64,000 nt of DNA, taken from Nitrosopumilus sp. GTDB taxonomy: Archaea; Thermoproteota; Nitrososphaeria; Nitrososphaerales; Nitrosopumilaceae. Under the pieces are notes generated by a model. That model worked only from the letters and a program-made list of their open reading frames with translations, was not told the DNA's origin and searched no databases. The stretch is from assembly GCA_965218695.1 (NCBI GenBank), contig OZ244651.1, forward strand, positions 864,001 to 928,000. The letters are read 5' to 3'. Below, piece by piece: positions 20,426 through 31,646 of this stretch (position 1 is the first letter of the stretch; the number at the start of each line of letters is the position of its first letter). Both the position numbers and the translations under genes were made by a program.

Positions 20426-20769
20426 GACAGGCGTACCTGACTGTGGTATTTATTTTACAGACTTGGATAACGGAGTCCATATTCTGCAGGGATCGGACCC
20501 GTCTGGAACTGCAAAGGATGATCCCTGTAGTTTTGGAACAGGAATCTGTCACATGGTGTTTGACGGGGGCATGATTCTGTCAGCAACAACAGCAGCAGCA
20601 GCAGTATCTGCAAAGGTCTGGATGGCTCCTGCGTGTTCACTGATGTAACATGCCTGGGTCTGCAAGGCAGGAACGAACTCGCGCCGGATGCTGGCATGCA
20701 TGACCCGGGCGCGATGCAGGCGACCCCCGGCGTCTTAAAATTTAGATAAGATGGGCCCAAAAAATATTC

Positions 20770-21144
20770 ATGGTCACGCATGGTGAGCATCTGAAGGGGA
20801 TACTTGGCCTTATTCTCAAATCCTATGACGCGCTCCGTGAAATCCAGGACAGGCCCGGGGATCTCGACTCGATCAAAATGGAGCTGCTGAGGATAAACGG
20901 GTTTTTACGGGTAATTGCAAATAACATCGAAGGTGACAGGATACAGGTGTCTGACTTTGGCCCGCTGAAGAAAAAGTTCCGGCACTATCTGGAGAACTAC
21001 TACTTTGAAAAGGAGATCGACACCATCATTGAGATATATCCTGCCGACACGCACAGAATCAAGAATATCCGGCTAAAGATACTAGAGGCGCTTGAAGACA
21101 GGAAGATGATGGATGCGACAGCAGAGATGGTTGGTGCCCTGTGA
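20770..21144 (+). CDS. Hypothetical protein
   Basis: Helical 124-aa ORF (true start may be 20780) after an AT-rich promoter-like tract. Confidence 0.7.
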   Translation: MVTHGEHLKGILGLILKSYDALREIQDRPGDLDSIKMELLRINGFLRVIANNIEGDRIQVSDFGPLKKKFRHYLENYYFEKEIDTIIEIYPADTHRIKNIRLKILEALEDRKMMDATAEMVGAL

Positions 21145-21413
21145 CTGAAGAGACCTGTATTTTGTGTGGCTGCCGGGACCACAAGCTGTTTGGATGCTCA
21201 AGGCACGTTCTAAAGAAATGCTCATGCTACAGATGACCGCGCTTGGGACCTGATCTCTGGTGAAAGTTGAGACAGCACGGGCATTCCTTTTCAAGACAGT
21301 CAGACTCGTGGTGGTGACCGCATATGCCACACTCACAACTTTTGGACATAACCCCGACACCCACGCATGAATATACTTTGTCGACAGATTATTTATGAGT
21401 TTGAGATTAAAGG

Positions 21414-21722
21414 CTATCTTTTAGATCTGCGAGGCTTGTACTTTCCCTTCAATTCCTTTTCAATTGCCTCCTTTTTATTGTCAACTGCCCGGATAATCTC
21501 CTGTATTACTCCGTCCAGATCGCTGTCTCGGGCACCGGGTTTTACATTTTCTGCAATCGCATTAATCGTAGTGGAGATGTTTGCACTCACGTCCTCAAAA
21601 CTCTCAGGATCCTCGTAGGCCACGTTGTACAGGCTCTTGAGGCTGTTGACCTGTCCTATCACCTGTTCTGTCAGGACGATCACATAGTCATTTCCATTAA
21701 CACTAAACTCCCTTGAACTCAT
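21414..21722 (-). CDS. Hypothetical protein
   Basis: 102 aa with a basic C-terminus; TTATAAA box upstream. Confidence 0.7.
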   Translation of the reverse strand: MSSREFSVNGNDYVIVLTEQVIGQVNSLKSLYNVAYEDPESFEDVSANISTTINAIAENVKPGARDSDLDGVIQEIIRAVDNKKEAIEKELKGKYKPRRSKR

Positions 21723-21812
21723 ACGATTTTTGAAATTCTTTTTGTTTATAATGCTTTTCGAATGTTTCTGGGCAGGTGGTTAGGTTTACGCCCAACTCCA
21801 CAACGTTGCATA

Positions 21813-22900
21813 TAGTGTCGATCAAAAGTTTTTTACATTTAGGGACTTTCTACAGATGAACTCCATTACGTCAATCCTTGGACGCGCGGTCCTGAAATAC
21901 TCCGACATCGCGTTGCGCATCTGCACTATCGTGGCATAGTACTCGGACACCAGCACGTTACGTTTCGCCTGGTGCCAGTACTCCTCCACGCCGCTAAGCT
22001 CGGGCGTTGCAGCTGGAAGCCACATGACCTTGATGTCGGGATTTTCCTTTAGAAATTTCATCACGATCCTTGACTTGTGTTGTGGCGCATTATCCATGAT
22101 TACGACCACCTTTCCAAAATGCCTGACCAGATCCTTGAGATACTGCAGGACCGTCTCCTTGTCAAATTTTTCATGCGTCCTGAAGAACTGCCTGCCGTCT
22201 GTTACAATGGAACCGTATGCCACCACCTTTCCGTGCCGTCCCTTGTATGTCGTGACAATCGGCTCGCCTTCTGGCGACCAATACTTTACGCCCGATGCCG
22301 GATCGTCTACAAATATGGCCTCGTCAAAGACGACTGGGAGAAAACCCTTCTCTTGCAGGCGTGAAATCCGCCTTTTGGCGTTGCGCTGCCACTGCCTGAT
22401 CTTTTTGATCTCTGGCCTGTTGACGTGGATGCGCTGGACCGTCTTGGCAGACAGGCCAAGCCTGTGCATTATCTTTGTGACGTTTGAAATGTGGTATGTC
22501 ACCTTGAATTCTTTGCGTATGTTTTCTTTGAGCTGCTTTGGAGTTGTGATGCTGCCAGTCCTTGCTGCAAGCCCCGCAATCTTCTCAAGCCCGACCTTGG
22601 GCGGCCTGCCCGGGCGGGGCCTGTCTTCCAGGCCTGCAAGACCCTCGCTATCAAAATGCCGGACCCAGCTTGTGACAGTGTGCGGGTCGCAAAAGCACAG
22701 TGATGCCACCTCGGATACGCCCAGCCCCCTGATCTTGACCATGCAGACGGCGTGGATCCTGTCCTTTATGGTTCCCCTCTTCTCTTTCTTGTAGGCCTGG
22801 ATTAACAGCTTTTTGCTTTTTTCATCCATGTGGGCGGTAGTGCGGAGTGATCAAAAAATGTTACGCTCAGACTGACGTAGAAGACTTTTGATTGACACTA
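21813..22900 (-). mobile_element. IS630-family insertion sequence
   Basis: TIR TAGTGTCGATCAAAAGT / ACTTTTGATTGACACTA; TA on both flanks. Confidence 0.92.
21822..22829 (-). CDS. IS630-family transposase
   Basis: HTH plus RPGRPP, FDEA, MDNAPQH, PELSGVEEYW motifs. Confidence 0.93.
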   Translation of the reverse strand: MDEKSKKLLIQAYKKEKRGTIKDRIHAVCMVKIRGLGVSEVASLCFCDPHTVTSWVRHFDSEGLAGLEDRPRPGRPPKVGLEKIAGLAARTGSITTPKQLKENIRKEFKVTYHISNVTKIMHRLGLSAKTVQRIHVNRPEIKKIRQWQRNAKRRISRLQEKGFLPVVFDEAIFVDDPASGVKYWSPEGEPIVTTYKGRHGKVVAYGSIVTDGRQFFRTHEKFDKETVLQYLKDLVRHFGKVVVIMDNAPQHKSRIVMKFLKENPDIKVMWLPAATPELSGVEEYWHQAKRNVLVSEYYATIVQMRNAMSEYFRTARPRIDVMEFICRKSLNVKNF

Positions 22901-23184
22901 TACATCAGACCCAAATGGTTACGTTTCTGGACATGCATTCAACATTTCTCCAAGCGTAAACATGATCGACTCTGCAAGGCCCCGCCTGGTTTTGGGCGTG
23001 GCCCGGACATGTGCCTTGGGGGGAGACCACATGGAAATGCCCGCGCTGTCAGGGTGACGGTGGTCCCTGTGGCCTTGCCCTTCCATGAGAGTCTGCCTGA
23101 CATTGCCCTCATCCGGGCCGGTCGTATCTGTGTGCGGGCAGACCCTGACTTGCATGCACTTTAAATTATCACAACCTGCCTGTA

Positions 23185-24528
23185 ATGACGATGGGCGCCG
23201 GCGCGTATCTCAAGTGTATTGATCCCAGATGCGGTCTGGAATATCCAGTAGAGTACGCCGATGTGCAGTGTGCCAAGGGACACCTGCTTGATGTGATGTA
23301 CGGGAACAGACCGTCTGAGAGCCTCAAGGAGACATTCTACATGAGGCGGAACCCACAGGGCAGCATATTCAACGAGAGTGGGGTGTGGCGATTCAGGGAT
23401 CTGCTGAACTTTTGTCAGATAGATACAGAGGACGTACGGGAATGTTCAGAGAATCTTGTGTCCCTGGACGGAGCCGAAGGCAGGCAGTCAAAACCGTACC
23501 AGATGTCCAAGGTCGCAGAGTTTATCGGAATTCCGAGCCAGTGCCTCTGGCTACAGCCTGAAGGATACAACCCCAGCGGCTCGTTTAAGGATAACGGAAT
23601 GGCAACTGCCGTGACGCATGCCAAGATGGTGGGCGCCGAGAAGATAGTCTGCGCATCCACGGGAAACACCTCTGCCTCTGCGGGAATGTTTGCAGCCAAC
23701 GAGGGGATAGACTGCGACGTCTACATACCAGCAGGACAGATAGCCCCGGGAAAGCTAAGCCAGGCATCCCAGTTCGGAGCCCAGATTGTAGAGGTTGACG
23801 GGAACTTTGATGATGCACTAAACCAGTCCCTGGAGGATGCCAGGAACCACGGCGGATACACGGTAAACTCTGTCAACCCGTTCAGGATAGAGGGGCAAAA
23901 GACGATTCCGTTTCGTGCCCTAGAATATCTTGATTGGGAGGCGCCTGACTGGATAGTATATCCAGGGGGGGCGTTGGGAAACACCGCAAGCTGTGGCAAG
24001 GCCCTTACGGAGCTGTATGATCTGGGGTGGATCAAGAAGATCCCGCGGATTGCAGTCATTAATGCACATGGAGCCTCTACCCTGTCTGAGCTGTACAATG
24101 GGGAATTTGAAGGTGAGGAGCTGCGATGGAACAAGGGACGCCCAAACACCGATCTGATTACCAGGTACTATGACTATCTGGACCAGGAGAGGCTGCGTCC
24201 AAAGACCCACGCCACTGCAATTCAGATAGGAAGACCTGCAAACATTCTCAAGGGATTACGCGCATTGGAGTTTACAGACGGCGTGGTGACCACCGTCTCG
24301 GACTCTGAGATGCTTGACGGCATGTCCGTTGTCGGATTGAACGGATTTGACTGCGAGATGGCATCCGGTGCCACCGTGGTGGGCGTGAAGAAACTGATTG
24401 GCCAGGAAGTGATTAAACGGGATGACACCGTGGTGGGAATTCTTACCGGCAGGCAAAAGGATGCAATGCTGTCTGTGACGTATCATAACAACCCTGAAAA
24501 CATATTTGCAAGGCCTCCCAAGAACTAG
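23185..24528 (+). CDS. thrC: Threonine synthase
   Basis: NPSGSFKDNG, CASTGNTSAS, NSVNPFRIEGQKT, ATAIQIG motifs. Confidence 0.95.
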   Translation: MTMGAGAYLKCIDPRCGLEYPVEYADVQCAKGHLLDVMYGNRPSESLKETFYMRRNPQGSIFNESGVWRFRDLLNFCQIDTEDVRECSENLVSLDGAEGRQSKPYQMSKVAEFIGIPSQCLWLQPEGYNPSGSFKDNGMATAVTHAKMVGAEKIVCASTGNTSASAGMFAANEGIDCDVYIPAGQIAPGKLSQASQFGAQIVEVDGNFDDALNQSLEDARNHGGYTVNSVNPFRIEGQKTIPFRALEYLDWEAPDWIVYPGGALGNTASCGKALTELYDLGWIKKIPRIAVINAHGASTLSELYNGEFEGEELRWNKGRPNTDLITRYYDYLDQERLRPKTHATAIQIGRPANILKGLRALEFTDGVVTTVSDSEMLDGMSVVGLNGFDCEMASGATVVGVKKLIGQEVIKRDDTVVGILTGRQKDAMLSVTYHNNPENIFARPPKN

Positions 24529-24817
24529 CCTGTCCTGGCAGATGCATGGATCCGGCAACGATGAGGCTGGAAGGTCTGACAGGGCACCGGAGAGGGTAAC
24601 GTTCACGGTCGCAGGACAGGCTACGCGAACCCATGCCCGTTGCCATGGGCTGCACCGCCAGGCGTGCATGCTGTGCCTGTAACCCCTAGTCGTGAATCTA
24701 GCCCGGCAAAATGAAAAGATTAAATCCATGCTCGGCACATATACTGCAACCAAGAGATGGTGTCAAAGAACTAAATGAACAAAGGCACAATTGTTCCAAG
24801 CAATTCTATCGGAGGGA

Positions 24818-26074
24818 ATGATGGCAGATTTGTGGATTGAAGTACTGGTGCTGGCAGTACTCATCGGGATGTCCGGCTTCTTTAGCGGATTGGAAGTCGC
24901 GCTGGTCGGAGTCAGAAAATCAAAGATAGTCCAGCTGCTAAATGACAAAAAGAAGGGCGCCAAGGCACTGCACAAACTCAAGACGAACCCAAGCTGGATG
25001 ATGTCAAGTGTAAACCTTGGAAACAACCTTGTCAACGTGGGCGCATCTGCCCTTGCAACCAGCGTGGCAATAAGGCTATTCGGTGATGAGGGGCTGGGAA
25101 TCGCAGTGGGGATAATGACGTTTCTGATTCTGATATTCGGGGAGATCACTCCCAAGACATACTGTAATGCAAACTCTACAAAGATTGCACTCAGATACGC
25201 GCCTGTTCTGTTGGTATTCAGTTATGCGTTCTACCCTGTAGTCAAGTTCTTTGAAATTATTACCCGGGGCGTTGTCCGGCTGACAGGAAGCAGTCACGCC
25301 CCTCCACCAATTACTGAAGATGAGATACGGGGGGTGATCGCACAGGGGCTGGAGGAGAAGGCAATTGAGCGCGACGAGATGGAGATGGCAGCAGGCGCCC
25401 TAAAGTTTGACGATACTGTGATCCGTTCTGTCATGACGCCGCGCACGCGGATGTTCACGCTTCCCTCAAAAATGCTGCTCTCTGAGGCCCTGCCCATGAT
25501 TAACCAGAGCGGGCACTCAAGAATTCCAATATTTGAGAATTCAAGGGACGAGGTGGTCGGGTTTGTCCACGTCCGGGACGTCCTAAAGGAACTCGAAGGG
25601 AACAATCGGATGATTCGGCTCAAACAGATGGCAAGGGAACCTGTCTTTGTATCCCAGGAAAAGACGGTCAGCTCCCTGCTCAAGGAGATGAAGGGAAGAA
25701 AGACGCACATGGCAATCGTTATTGACGAACACGGCGGGACTGAGGGGTTGGTTACCCTAGAGGACCTGCTTGAGGAGATAGTCGGCGAGATTGAGGATGA
25801 GACTGATGCGGCAAGGCCTGCAGGATACGAAAGGGTAGACAGAGACACCATAATCGCCAGCGGGGAGATCGAGATTGACACCATCAACGGGATCTTCAAT
25901 ACTCGGATTCCAGAGGGTGACGACTATGCCTCGCTCAGCGGGTTGCTGCACGAGAGGCTTCATGACATACCGCAAGAGGGGGACAAGATCGAGATCGACA
26001 ACCTGAGGATAATAGTCGAGGAGGTATCAAAGAACATTCCGCAGCGTGTAAGGATACGAAGAGTCCACAGTTAG
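24818..26074 (+). CDS. CNNM/CorB-family (hemolysin-like) CBS-domain membrane protein
   Basis: FFSGLEVAL, GNNLVN, FGEITPK, VMTPR, HSRIP, DEHGGTEGLVTLEDLLEEIVGEI, CorC domain. Confidence 0.93.
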   Translation: MMADLWIEVLVLAVLIGMSGFFSGLEVALVGVRKSKIVQLLNDKKKGAKALHKLKTNPSWMMSSVNLGNNLVNVGASALATSVAIRLFGDEGLGIAVGIMTFLILIFGEITPKTYCNANSTKIALRYAPVLLVFSYAFYPVVKFFEIITRGVVRLTGSSHAPPPITEDEIRGVIAQGLEEKAIERDEMEMAAGALKFDDTVIRSVMTPRTRMFTLPSKMLLSEALPMINQSGHSRIPIFENSRDEVVGFVHVRDVLKELEGNNRMIRLKQMAREPVFVSQEKTVSSLLKEMKGRKTHMAIVIDEHGGTEGLVTLEDLLEEIVGEIEDETDAARPAGYERVDRDTIIASGEIEIDTINGIFNTRIPEGDDYASLSGLLHERLHDIPQEGDKIEIDNLRIIVEEVSKNIPQRVRIRRVHS

Positions 26075-27117
26075 GCTTTGAAGTGCTGCTGCAGCTGGTG
26101 TTTCTTTTCTGCCATGTGAAACACCGACTCTGTGTGTGCTGCAGCCTCGCGGTATACTCTTCCAAACAGCATTGCCTGCATCAGCATGTGATTCTCTGGA
26201 ATGACTATCCCGGTTTGATCATCCGAGTACATCATCTGGACGGTATCTTCGATGGAGGCTGTCATGTTGGCATGTATGTGAATCATGTTGGTGTCTGTAA
26301 AGTGGAACTTCATGTTCCGGGCATACTCCCTTACATCCTTGGTGCCCCGGGCAGTCCAGAGCACGGCAACCCCGGGCTCTTCTGCAAATATACTGTGAAT
26401 CTCAGATGGGTTTGGGGCAGTACCGTCAAACCGGACATCCATGATGTGCAGGTGCATCTGCCTTGTAGGCACCTTTATGGCCCTTACGAAGAGCGGCGCG
26501 TCCCTTCCGAAATACGTCTTGACGTCATCCCCGTGATGGGGTCCCTCTGTCATCTCTATGGTGTCCGGAACGTCCTTGTCTGTCTGCTCCATGTCTGCCC
26601 ATCTCCTTATCAGGGTCACGTCAAAGCGGGACAGGCGACTGCCGTATCTGTCACGTAGCGGTTCGAGTATCCTTCCCATGCCTGTCACATTGCAGCTGCC
26701 CTGCATGATATGCTGCTCTCCCAGTGCCTGATCGTAGTTTGATCTGGAGTTGAATAGGATCTTTGAGACTGCATCCGGCCCCGTAACCGTCTCTCCTCCC
26801 TGGTATATGGCCATAATGCCCCTGGGCTCGTAGAGATCCCTCTTGTTTGCAAAGCCGCGTCCTCCCGGGGATGCATCAATCACCAGATCACACTCGTCCA
26901 GTGCAGATTCGACGGTTCCTGAAATCTTGTGTTCCGGGAAGCGCTCCAACCTTTCCTGAGGGACATAAACTGCAAAGCCTTTGGTTATTGCAGCATCCAC
27001 TGCCCCGTCATGAGAGTACTTTCCAACGCCGACAACTGATACCTCCGGATCGTCCATCAGGAATGCGGCAATCCGGCTTCCGATGGAGCCATACCCGTTG
27101 ACAAAGATCTTCTTCAC
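26071..27117 (-). CDS. gap: Type II (archaeal) glyceraldehyde-3-phosphate dehydrogenase
   Basis: VNGYGSIG, YQGGE, GSCNVTG catalytic Cys, IVIPEN. Confidence 0.9.
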   Translation of the reverse strand: MKKIFVNGYGSIGSRIAAFLMDDPEVSVVGVGKYSHDGAVDAAITKGFAVYVPQERLERFPEHKISGTVESALDECDLVIDASPGGRGFANKRDLYEPRGIMAIYQGGETVTGPDAVSKILFNSRSNYDQALGEQHIMQGSCNVTGMGRILEPLRDRYGSRLSRFDVTLIRRWADMEQTDKDVPDTIEMTEGPHHGDDVKTYFGRDAPLFVRAIKVPTRQMHLHIMDVRFDGTAPNPSEIHSIFAEEPGVAVLWTARGTKDVREYARNMKFHFTDTNMIHIHANMTASIEDTVQMMYSDDQTGIVIPENHMLMQAMLFGRVYREAAAHTESVFHMAEKKHQLQQHFKA

Positions 27118-27527
27118 AGATGGGAGTGGGGTCTGGCCTATTTATTTAGATTATTTTGGATGTTCGCAAAACCGACACGCCTCTGACCTCAGGAAAGCCC
27201 TGGCGGTTGGCAGCGTATGGCTTTGTGTATGATTCTCAACCTTGTTCCACAAAGAACTAAATGGACTTCTGTCCGTCGTGGTTTGTTGAGGCGCAGTAGG
27301 TTGGTTGGACTTGGGGGTGCAGTTGCTGCCGGAGTGCTGGCTGCATTGCTTGCGTTCGGAGGTTCAGAGGACACGTCGATATCGGATCCTGGGGAGATCG
27401 GGACCGGTTCTACCATTGCCGCAGAGACGCTGCTGGCACACGGTTCCCCGGTTCTGGGGGATGCAGATGCGCCAATAATCCTTGTGGAGTTTGGCGACTA
27501 TCAGTGCCATTTCTGTAACGTCTTCTT

Positions 27528-29147
27528 GTATCTGTGTAGTTTTTTGATCAAATGTTGAACTCCATATCTACAATCAGAAAATCCGCGTCTGTCTAATTTT
27601 TTAAAACTATTTTTGATCACTTGATCGAGTTTTTCTCTCCGTCCTAATTTTTAGATCATTGTTGCCCACGGTTTGCATATGTCTGATGATAATTCCGAGT
27701 CAAGGATTGCAGAACTGGAGGAAAAAGTGGGTATGATGGCAGAGCAGATGGCCGAAAAAGACCGGCAGATGGCCAAACTCGCTGATCTTTACGCTGCCGC
27801 CCTCAAACAGATCCAGGATCTCACGGCAGAGTTGCAGGAGGCAAAGGGCATCATATCGGCTGCCGTTGCAAGGAGCATCGGCGCAAAACCGGACAAAAAG
27901 ACCGGCAGTACCCGGCGCCGCGCAAAGGGCAAGGGCAAGGCCAAGGGCAAGCCAAGTGACCACAAACGCACGGGCCTTGCGCGTCCTGAAAGAATAGACG
28001 CAGAGGAGACGGCAGATCCCCACACGTGCGACAACTGCGGCAGCTCCGACCTCTCCGAGTGCGTATCCACGTACACAAAGGTGGTAAGGGAGGCTGCCAA
28101 GACGGAACTAAAGCACATCAAGGTGACAGTAAAGAGAAGGCGTTGCAGGAACTGCAAGAGGACCGTGTCCGGCAGGACTCCGCTGGCACTGCCAAACTCC
28201 AGGTACGGGATCAACTTTATGATAATGATGGTCATCCTCCGGCTGCACGGCATGTCAGACCTCAGAATATGCAATATTGTCATGATGATGTACTCGGCAA
28301 GAATCACGGAATCTGCGATAAACCGCATGGTGTGCAGGATGGCCCGGGAGCTCGGGCCGCTGTACGAGAAGATCAAGGAGGAGGTAAGAAACTCGCGTGC
28401 GATAAACGGGGACGAGACAATCTGGCGCGTCGACGGCACGAACTACTGGCTGTGGGTGGCTGTAGCCAGGTACGCCGTAATCTACGAGGTGCACCGCCAC
28501 AGGAACTCGAAGGTTCCAAAAAAGATGCTCGGCAAGGACTACCCGGGATGCGTCACGTCTGACTCGTGGGCCGCGTGGAACGTCATCGGATCCGAACACC
28601 AAAAGTGCCACCTTCATTACGCCCGGGACATCAAGGACACCCTGAAATACAAGAATCCCGGCTACGACTACAAGCGTCACGCAAGGACGCTGCGCGCGAT
28701 ACTGTGGGACTCGCACATCGACGGCGCCGTTCCGGGAGGGGCAGACGCGCTTGCCGCAAAGAAGAGGCTGGATCGTCGTATTGCGTCACTTATCGGCAGG
28801 CTCAAGAAGAACCGCGACTGCAAGCACTGCAACAGGATGCGCAAGAGGCTGGTGCGGGAAAAAGGCCACCTGTTTGCGTTTCTGGAGACAGACGGCGTCG
28901 AATACCACAACAACCGGGCAGAGCGGGCCATCAGGCCGTGCGTCATCCTGCGCAAGAACAGCAACGGGAGCAGGTCAAAGAAGGGTGCAGATGCCATTGC
29001 CACGCTGATGAGCATCAAGCAGACATGCAAGGCAAGGGGAGATGATCTTGGCACGATCCTGCGCGAGGGCCTGGCTCCACGTCAAAAAACTGCATAGACG
29101 CGCGTAGGCATGGAGTTCAACATTTGATCAAAAAACTATGCAGTTAC
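27528..29147 (+). mobile_element. IS66-family single-ORF insertion sequence, 1620 bp
   Basis: About 37-bp TIR GTAtCTGtgTAGTTTTTTGATCAAATGTTGAACTCCA; 8-bp TSD GTCTTCTT. Confidence 0.93.
27679..29097 (+). CDS. IS66-family transposase
   Basis: Coiled coil, CxxC zinc ribbon, GDET, SD, HQKCHLH, NNRAERAIR. Confidence 0.93.
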   Translation: MSDDNSESRIAELEEKVGMMAEQMAEKDRQMAKLADLYAAALKQIQDLTAELQEAKGIISAAVARSIGAKPDKKTGSTRRRAKGKGKAKGKPSDHKRTGLARPERIDAEETADPHTCDNCGSSDLSECVSTYTKVVREAAKTELKHIKVTVKRRRCRNCKRTVSGRTPLALPNSRYGINFMIMMVILRLHGMSDLRICNIVMMMYSARITESAINRMVCRMARELGPLYEKIKEEVRNSRAINGDETIWRVDGTNYWLWVAVARYAVIYEVHRHRNSKVPKKMLGKDYPGCVTSDSWAAWNVIGSEHQKCHLHYARDIKDTLKYKNPGYDYKRHARTLRAILWDSHIDGAVPGGADALAAKKRLDRRIASLIGRLKKNRDCKHCNRMRKRLVREKGHLFAFLETDGVEYHNNRAERAIRPCVILRKNSNGSRSKKGADAIATLMSIKQTCKARGDDLGTILREGLAPRQKTA

Positions 29148-29712
29148 GTCTTCTTCCACTCTACGGAAGGGCGTATTCTTGAAGAGTACGTGGATGCCGG
29201 GCAGGTCAAGATGATATTCAAAGACTACAACATCATAGGCCCGGACTCCATTAATGCCTCGCACGGGGCCCACTGTGCAGGTGATCAGGGACTGTTCTGG
29301 GAATATCACGATACACTGTACTCCAATTGGACCGGGGAGAACGACGGATGGGCATCACTAGAGAACCTGGATGTGTTTGCCCTGCGTGTCGGGCTTGATA
29401 CGGATGAGTGGTCTGAATGTATGACTGACAGGCCACACTCTGGAACCATTCTTGCAAGCAACAATGACGCAAAAACGCTGGGGCTTGGCGGAACTCCTGC
29501 GTTCTTTGTGATTGGGCCTGACAGCAGCGTTACGCGCATCTTCGGCGCACAGCCATACCAGACATTTGAGCAGGCCTTTGAGGATGCGCTTGATACTGAT
29601 TTGTAGTCGCTGAGGCGGGGATTATATCCACACACCTGTCCATGACTGCAACGGGGCCACCTGTCCGGAATCTGTCATATAACCTTATTAGGGAATTCTC
29701 TCAGCCAAGCTT

Positions 29713-31107
29713 ATGGCAGCAGGAATTGATGACATTGCAGTCTACATTCCCAAACTCTACATGGATGCCTCGGACATTGCCGCAGCCAGAGGAGTTGATC
29801 CGGTAAAACTGAAAAAGGGTCTGGGCATATCGCAGATGGCAATAGCTGATGCCAATCAAGATCCCGCATGTTTTGCGGCAAACGCATGCCTGAAGCTCAT
29901 GCAGAGGAACAACCTGTCCCCAGATGACATCGGAAGGCTGTACGTCTCGACCGAGTCCTCCTTTGACGAGTCCAAGGCAATGAACTCGTATGTGGTCGGC
30001 ATGCTTGAGCAGATTTATGGGCCAGATACGTTCGAGCACTGCGGCGGTGTCGAGACCAAGTTTGCATGCGTCAGCGGTTCCTATGCCCTTTACGACAACA
30101 CAAACTGGATCAGGGCCGGGGAGTCAGAAGGCAAGTATGCCCTGGTGGTAGTCTCTGACATTGCCAAGTATGACCTGGGCTCCAGCGGCGAGATGACGCA
30201 GGGTGCAGGTGCGCTGGTACTGCTCCTCAATGATAGTCCAAGACTGCTCTCGTTTGACCCGCGGGTCACGGCCACATCAATCAAGGATGAGTATGACTTT
30301 TACAGGCCGTTTGGAAAAGAGACCCCGATTGTACACGGACAGTACTCCAATCTACTTTACATGATCCAGGTAAGAAAGGCCCTTGAGGCATACAAAAAGA
30401 AGGCGCTCGCCACCGGGCTTATCAAGCTGGAGCCGGGTGGAACCATTCTGGATCACATGGACTACATCAACATGCACCTGCCGTACAGCAGCATGGGAAA
30501 GAAGGCCCTGGCATATCTAGTCAGGCACGAATGGCGCCGGCTCCCGCGATGGGAGAATGTCCTGCAGCATGCGGGAATATCAGAACCGGCTCCAAAGGAT
30601 CCCCGGGGCACAATCGAGTCCATACTGGGGGACGATGAGTTCATGACAAAGGATCGCAAGTTTACAAGACTGCTCACCCAGACTCCGGAGTTTCAGGAGA
30701 TATACGAATCAAAGCTTGCAAGCTCACTTGTCGCCTCAAGCACGATAGGGAACCTCTATACTGCCTCCCTGTATCTGGGATTCCGAAGCAGCCTGGAGTT
30801 TGAGCACAAAAAGGGAATAGACCTGGAAGGCAAGCGGGTCGGATTCGGTTCGTATGGGAGCGGAAGCAGTGCCATGGTGTTCAGCGGTATCATCCAGCCC
30901 AAGTACAAGGAGATTGTACGGAGCATGAACCTGGAGGCGGAGATAGGACAGAGAACGAGACTGACACTGGTAGAGTATGAAAAGCTTCATGAGAACAAGC
31001 TGGCCCCAAGTGAACCCATAGCAGACGCAAAAGGCGAGTTTGTTCTGGTGGACGTAAACACGGACGCCGAATCCCGTGGCAAGAGATGCTACACCTTTAA
31101 TGAATAA
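29713..31107 (+). CDS. Hydroxymethylglutaryl-CoA synthase family protein
   Basis: STES, KFACVSG catalytic Cys, SDIAKY, TQGAGA, DFYRP, GNLYTAS, SYGSG. Confidence 0.92.
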   Translation: MAAGIDDIAVYIPKLYMDASDIAAARGVDPVKLKKGLGISQMAIADANQDPACFAANACLKLMQRNNLSPDDIGRLYVSTESSFDESKAMNSYVVGMLEQIYGPDTFEHCGGVETKFACVSGSYALYDNTNWIRAGESEGKYALVVVSDIAKYDLGSSGEMTQGAGALVLLLNDSPRLLSFDPRVTATSIKDEYDFYRPFGKETPIVHGQYSNLLYMIQVRKALEAYKKKALATGLIKLEPGGTILDHMDYINMHLPYSSMGKKALAYLVRHEWRRLPRWENVLQHAGISEPAPKDPRGTIESILGDDEFMTKDRKFTRLLTQTPEFQEIYESKLASSLVASSTIGNLYTASLYLGFRSSLEFEHKKGIDLEGKRVGFGSYGSGSSAMVFSGIIQPKYKEIVRSMNLEAEIGQRTRLTLVEYEKLHENKLAPSEPIADAKGEFVLVDVNTDAESRGKRCYTFNE

Positions 31108-31646
31108 TGCCCGAGGAGTCCAACCCAATCAAGGATCTCCTGTTTGAGCATATCCAAACATCACAGGCCATCCCGGGATTCCTCTCAGAGAGGAGGTTTG
31201 ACCTGATCATAAAGGATGTCATGGATGGCTGCGGGGCAGTCATGTCCATGGGTGATGAGGCCGTCGGGGTGCTTGCAACCGGACTGCTCCACTACCTTCT
31301 CACCAACGCAATCATTCCAAGCCAGAGAAAGGTGGAACACAGGGGGATGGAATTGGACATAGTGATACCTGACATCCGGACGCTGGAGGCGGATCCCAAA
31401 AAGGCGCTGCTTGTATGCATTCCAAAGTCATCTGATGTCGGTGTCATACGGGACAGAATAACACAGCTGGGCAGGGTTCAGCCTGAGGCTCAGAACATAT
31501 GGGTGGTTCTGGCCCGTGATGCTCCGATACAGAACCGAAAATTCATCCTCTCGGACAATCACGGCACGTTCTCAGGGATCATATTTGAGATCTCCAGGTT
31601 CATCAGCCTCAACAAGACAGGCAGATTCAAGATTCTGCGGGCATAG
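31107..31646 (+). CDS. Hypothetical protein, possible PD-(D/E)XK-like fold
   Basis: Translationally coupled to HMG-CoA synthase (TAATG overlap); SQRKVEHRGMELDIVIPD segment. Confidence 0.7.
   Translation: MPEESNPIKDLLFEHIQTSQAIPGFLSERRFDLIIKDVMDGCGAVMSMGDEAVGVLATGLLHYLLTNAIIPSQRKVEHRGMELDIVIPDIRTLEADPKKALLVCIPKSSDVGVIRDRITQLGRVQPEAQNIWVVLARDAPIQNRKFILSDNHGTFSGIIFEISRFISLNKTGRFKILRA

Larger units (their letters stand above)
27283..29606 (+). pseudogene. DsbA-family thiol-disulfide oxidoreductase split by an IS66 element
   Basis: 5' part ...EFGDYQCHFCN, 3' part ...GGTPAFF; removing the IS plus one TSD restores CHFCNVFFHSTEG in frame; start approximate. Confidence 0.9.
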
